NCBI RefSeq assembly: GCF_000284115.1
Contig: NC_017080.1
Span: 2,340,001 to 2,372,000, forward strand
From: Phycisphaera mikurensis NBRC 102666
GTDB taxonomy: Bacteria; Planctomycetota; Phycisphaerae; Phycisphaerales; Phycisphaeraceae
Direction of reading: 5' to 3'
Length of the DNA: 32,000 nucleotides
Of the stretch, positions 30,911 to 32,000 are shown one piece after another (the first letter of the stretch is position 1; the number at the start of each line of letters is the position of its first letter). A model generated the notes under the pieces. It saw only the letters and a program-made list of their open reading frames with translations. It had not been told where the DNA came from and did not search any database. Made by a program: the position numbers and the translations under genes.

Positions 30911-31416
30911 CCGGTGGCTCACCGCCTCCGGCGGTGTAGGTCGGGCGGAGCCCGAGCCGGTGGCTCACCGCCTCCGGCGGTATAGGTCGGGCGAAGCCCG
31001 AGCGGGTGGCTCACCGCCTCCGGCGGTGTAGGTCGGGCGGAGCCCGAGCCGGTGGCTCACCGCCTCCGGCGGTGTAGGTCGGGCGGAGCCCGAGCCGGTG
31101 GCTCACCGCCTCCGGCGGTGTAGGTCGGGCGAAGCCCGAGCGGGTGGCTCACCGCCTCCGGCGGTGTAGGTCGGGCGAAGCCCGAGCCGGTGGCTCACCG
31201 CCTCCGGCGGTGTAGGTCGGGCGAAGCCCGAGCGGGTGGCTCACCGCCTCCGGCGGTGTAGGTCGGGCGAAGCCCGAGCCGGTGGCTCACCGCCTCCGGC
31301 GGTGTAGGTCGGGCGAAGCCCGAGCGGGTGGCTCACCGCCTCCGGCGGTGTAGGTCGGGCGAAGCCCGAGCCGGTGGCTCACCGCCTCCGGCGGTGTAGG
31401 TCGGGCGGAGCCCGAG
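30911..31416. repeat. Tandem array, 11 x 46 bp (C[C/G]GGTGGCTCACCGCCTCCGGCGGTGTAGGTCGGGCG[G/A]AGCCCGAG)
   Basis: The units are head to tail with no spacers. Only 2-3 positions vary. Each unit contains the hairpins CACCGCC-TCC-GGCGGTG and TCGGGC-GRA-GCCCGA. Confidence 0.95.
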
Positions 31417-32000
31417 CGGATCTTGGAGACGCCGACGCATCCGCTGCGCGGACCCCGCACCGCCGGGGGCGGTGAGCCACCTGCGGACCCGCGGGCCAAC
31501 CGTCGGCAGCCTTCTCCTCGTCGGTCCCCAGCCCCGCGCCGAGCGCGAGATTCGGCAGCCGACGCCATCTGCCGGCCGGAGGCCGAGCCGGTGGCTCACC
31601 GCCTCCGGCGGTGTAGGTCGGGCGGAGCCCGAGCGGGTCTTGGAGACGCCGACGCGTCCGCTGCGCGGACCCTACACCGCCGGGGGCGGTGAGCCACCTG
31701 CGGGCCCGCGCCCCAACGGTCGGCAGCCTTTTCCTCGTCGGTCCCCGGCTTCGCGCCGAGCGCAAGATTCGGCAGCCCACGCCATCTGCCGGCCGAGGCC
31801 CGAGCCGGTGGCTCACCGCCTCCGGCGGTGTAGGTCGGGCGGAGCCCGAGCGGGTGGCTCACCGCCTCCGGCGGTGTAGGTCGGGCGGAGCCCGAGCGGG
31901 TCTTGGAGACGCCGACGCGTCCGCTGCGCGGACCCCACACCGCCGGGGGCGGTGAGCCACCGGCGGGCCCGCGCCCCAACCGTCGGCAGCCTTCTCCTCG
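31417..32000. repeat. Higher-order repeat (~217-bp period): ~171-bp units carrying an inverted partial 46-mer, alternating with 1-2 direct 46-mers; continues beyond window
   Basis: Units at 31417-31587, 31634-31804 and 31897-32000+ look ~90% identical by eye. Direct 46-mers lie at 31588-31633, 31805-31850 and 31851-31896. An inverted copy sits at, for example, ~31453-31481. Confidence 0.85.

Noticed and set aside
27738-30968. 1076-aa ORF on the minus strand
   Set aside because: It lies antisense to the ABC ATPase and ABC-2/CPBP genes, which have clear motifs. It starts inside the 46-bp tandem repeat and is low-complexity and Arg-rich.
30911-32000. 46-bp repeats as a CRISPR array
   Set aside because: The units are directly adjacent, with no unique spacers. 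The longer intervening units after 31417 are themselves repeated. No cas genes are in view.

Overview
This is a very GC-rich bacterial chromosomal window. A Planctomycetota-like origin is only a guess from gene content and was not tested. The window has three parts.

(1) Positions 1-5120 hold a heat-shock cluster: the 3' end of one groEL with a GGM tail, then groES, a second groEL, dnaJ, grpE and an FmdB-type zinc-ribbon gene.

(2) Positions 6886-~15056 hold a complete sedentary chromosomal integron. It has a divergent integron integrase (intI), an attI site with a GTTAGGC crossover box, and 14 gene cassettes separated by ~109-bp attC sites (R'' GCCTAAC ... R' GTTAGGC). Five cassettes have no ORF. 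One carries a reverse-oriented outer-membrane beta-barrel gene. One attC is disrupted by a MITE-like element with terminal inverted repeats.

(3) Positions 15337-30761 hold housekeeping and envelope genes:
- a TAT-signal Fe/Mn SOD
- a DprE1-like FAD oxidoreductase with an in-frame TAG
- opgG and a split opgH
- an RluA-type pseudouridine synthase
- an outer-membrane (OMP) barrel protein
- a GH-like protein
- a zincin-like peptidase
- rlmN
- tRNA-Arg(CCG)
- an ABC ATPase plus an ABC-2 permease fused to a CPBP protease

The window ends in an 11 x 46-bp tandem array followed by higher-order palindromic repeats.

Two families of structured repeats cut across these regions. The first is a 46-bp hairpin element, CCGCGGACCG-N26-CGGTCCGCGG. 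It has 9 perfect copies: in terminator positions, in ORF-less cassettes, and in frame inside two coding regions. The second is a set of long inverted repeats built from GA-rich 8-mers, found between groES and groEL and upstream of rlmN.

Many long ORFs in the six-frame track are antisense or off-frame artefacts of the high G+C. No database search or computation was possible. All homology calls rest on recognised motifs.
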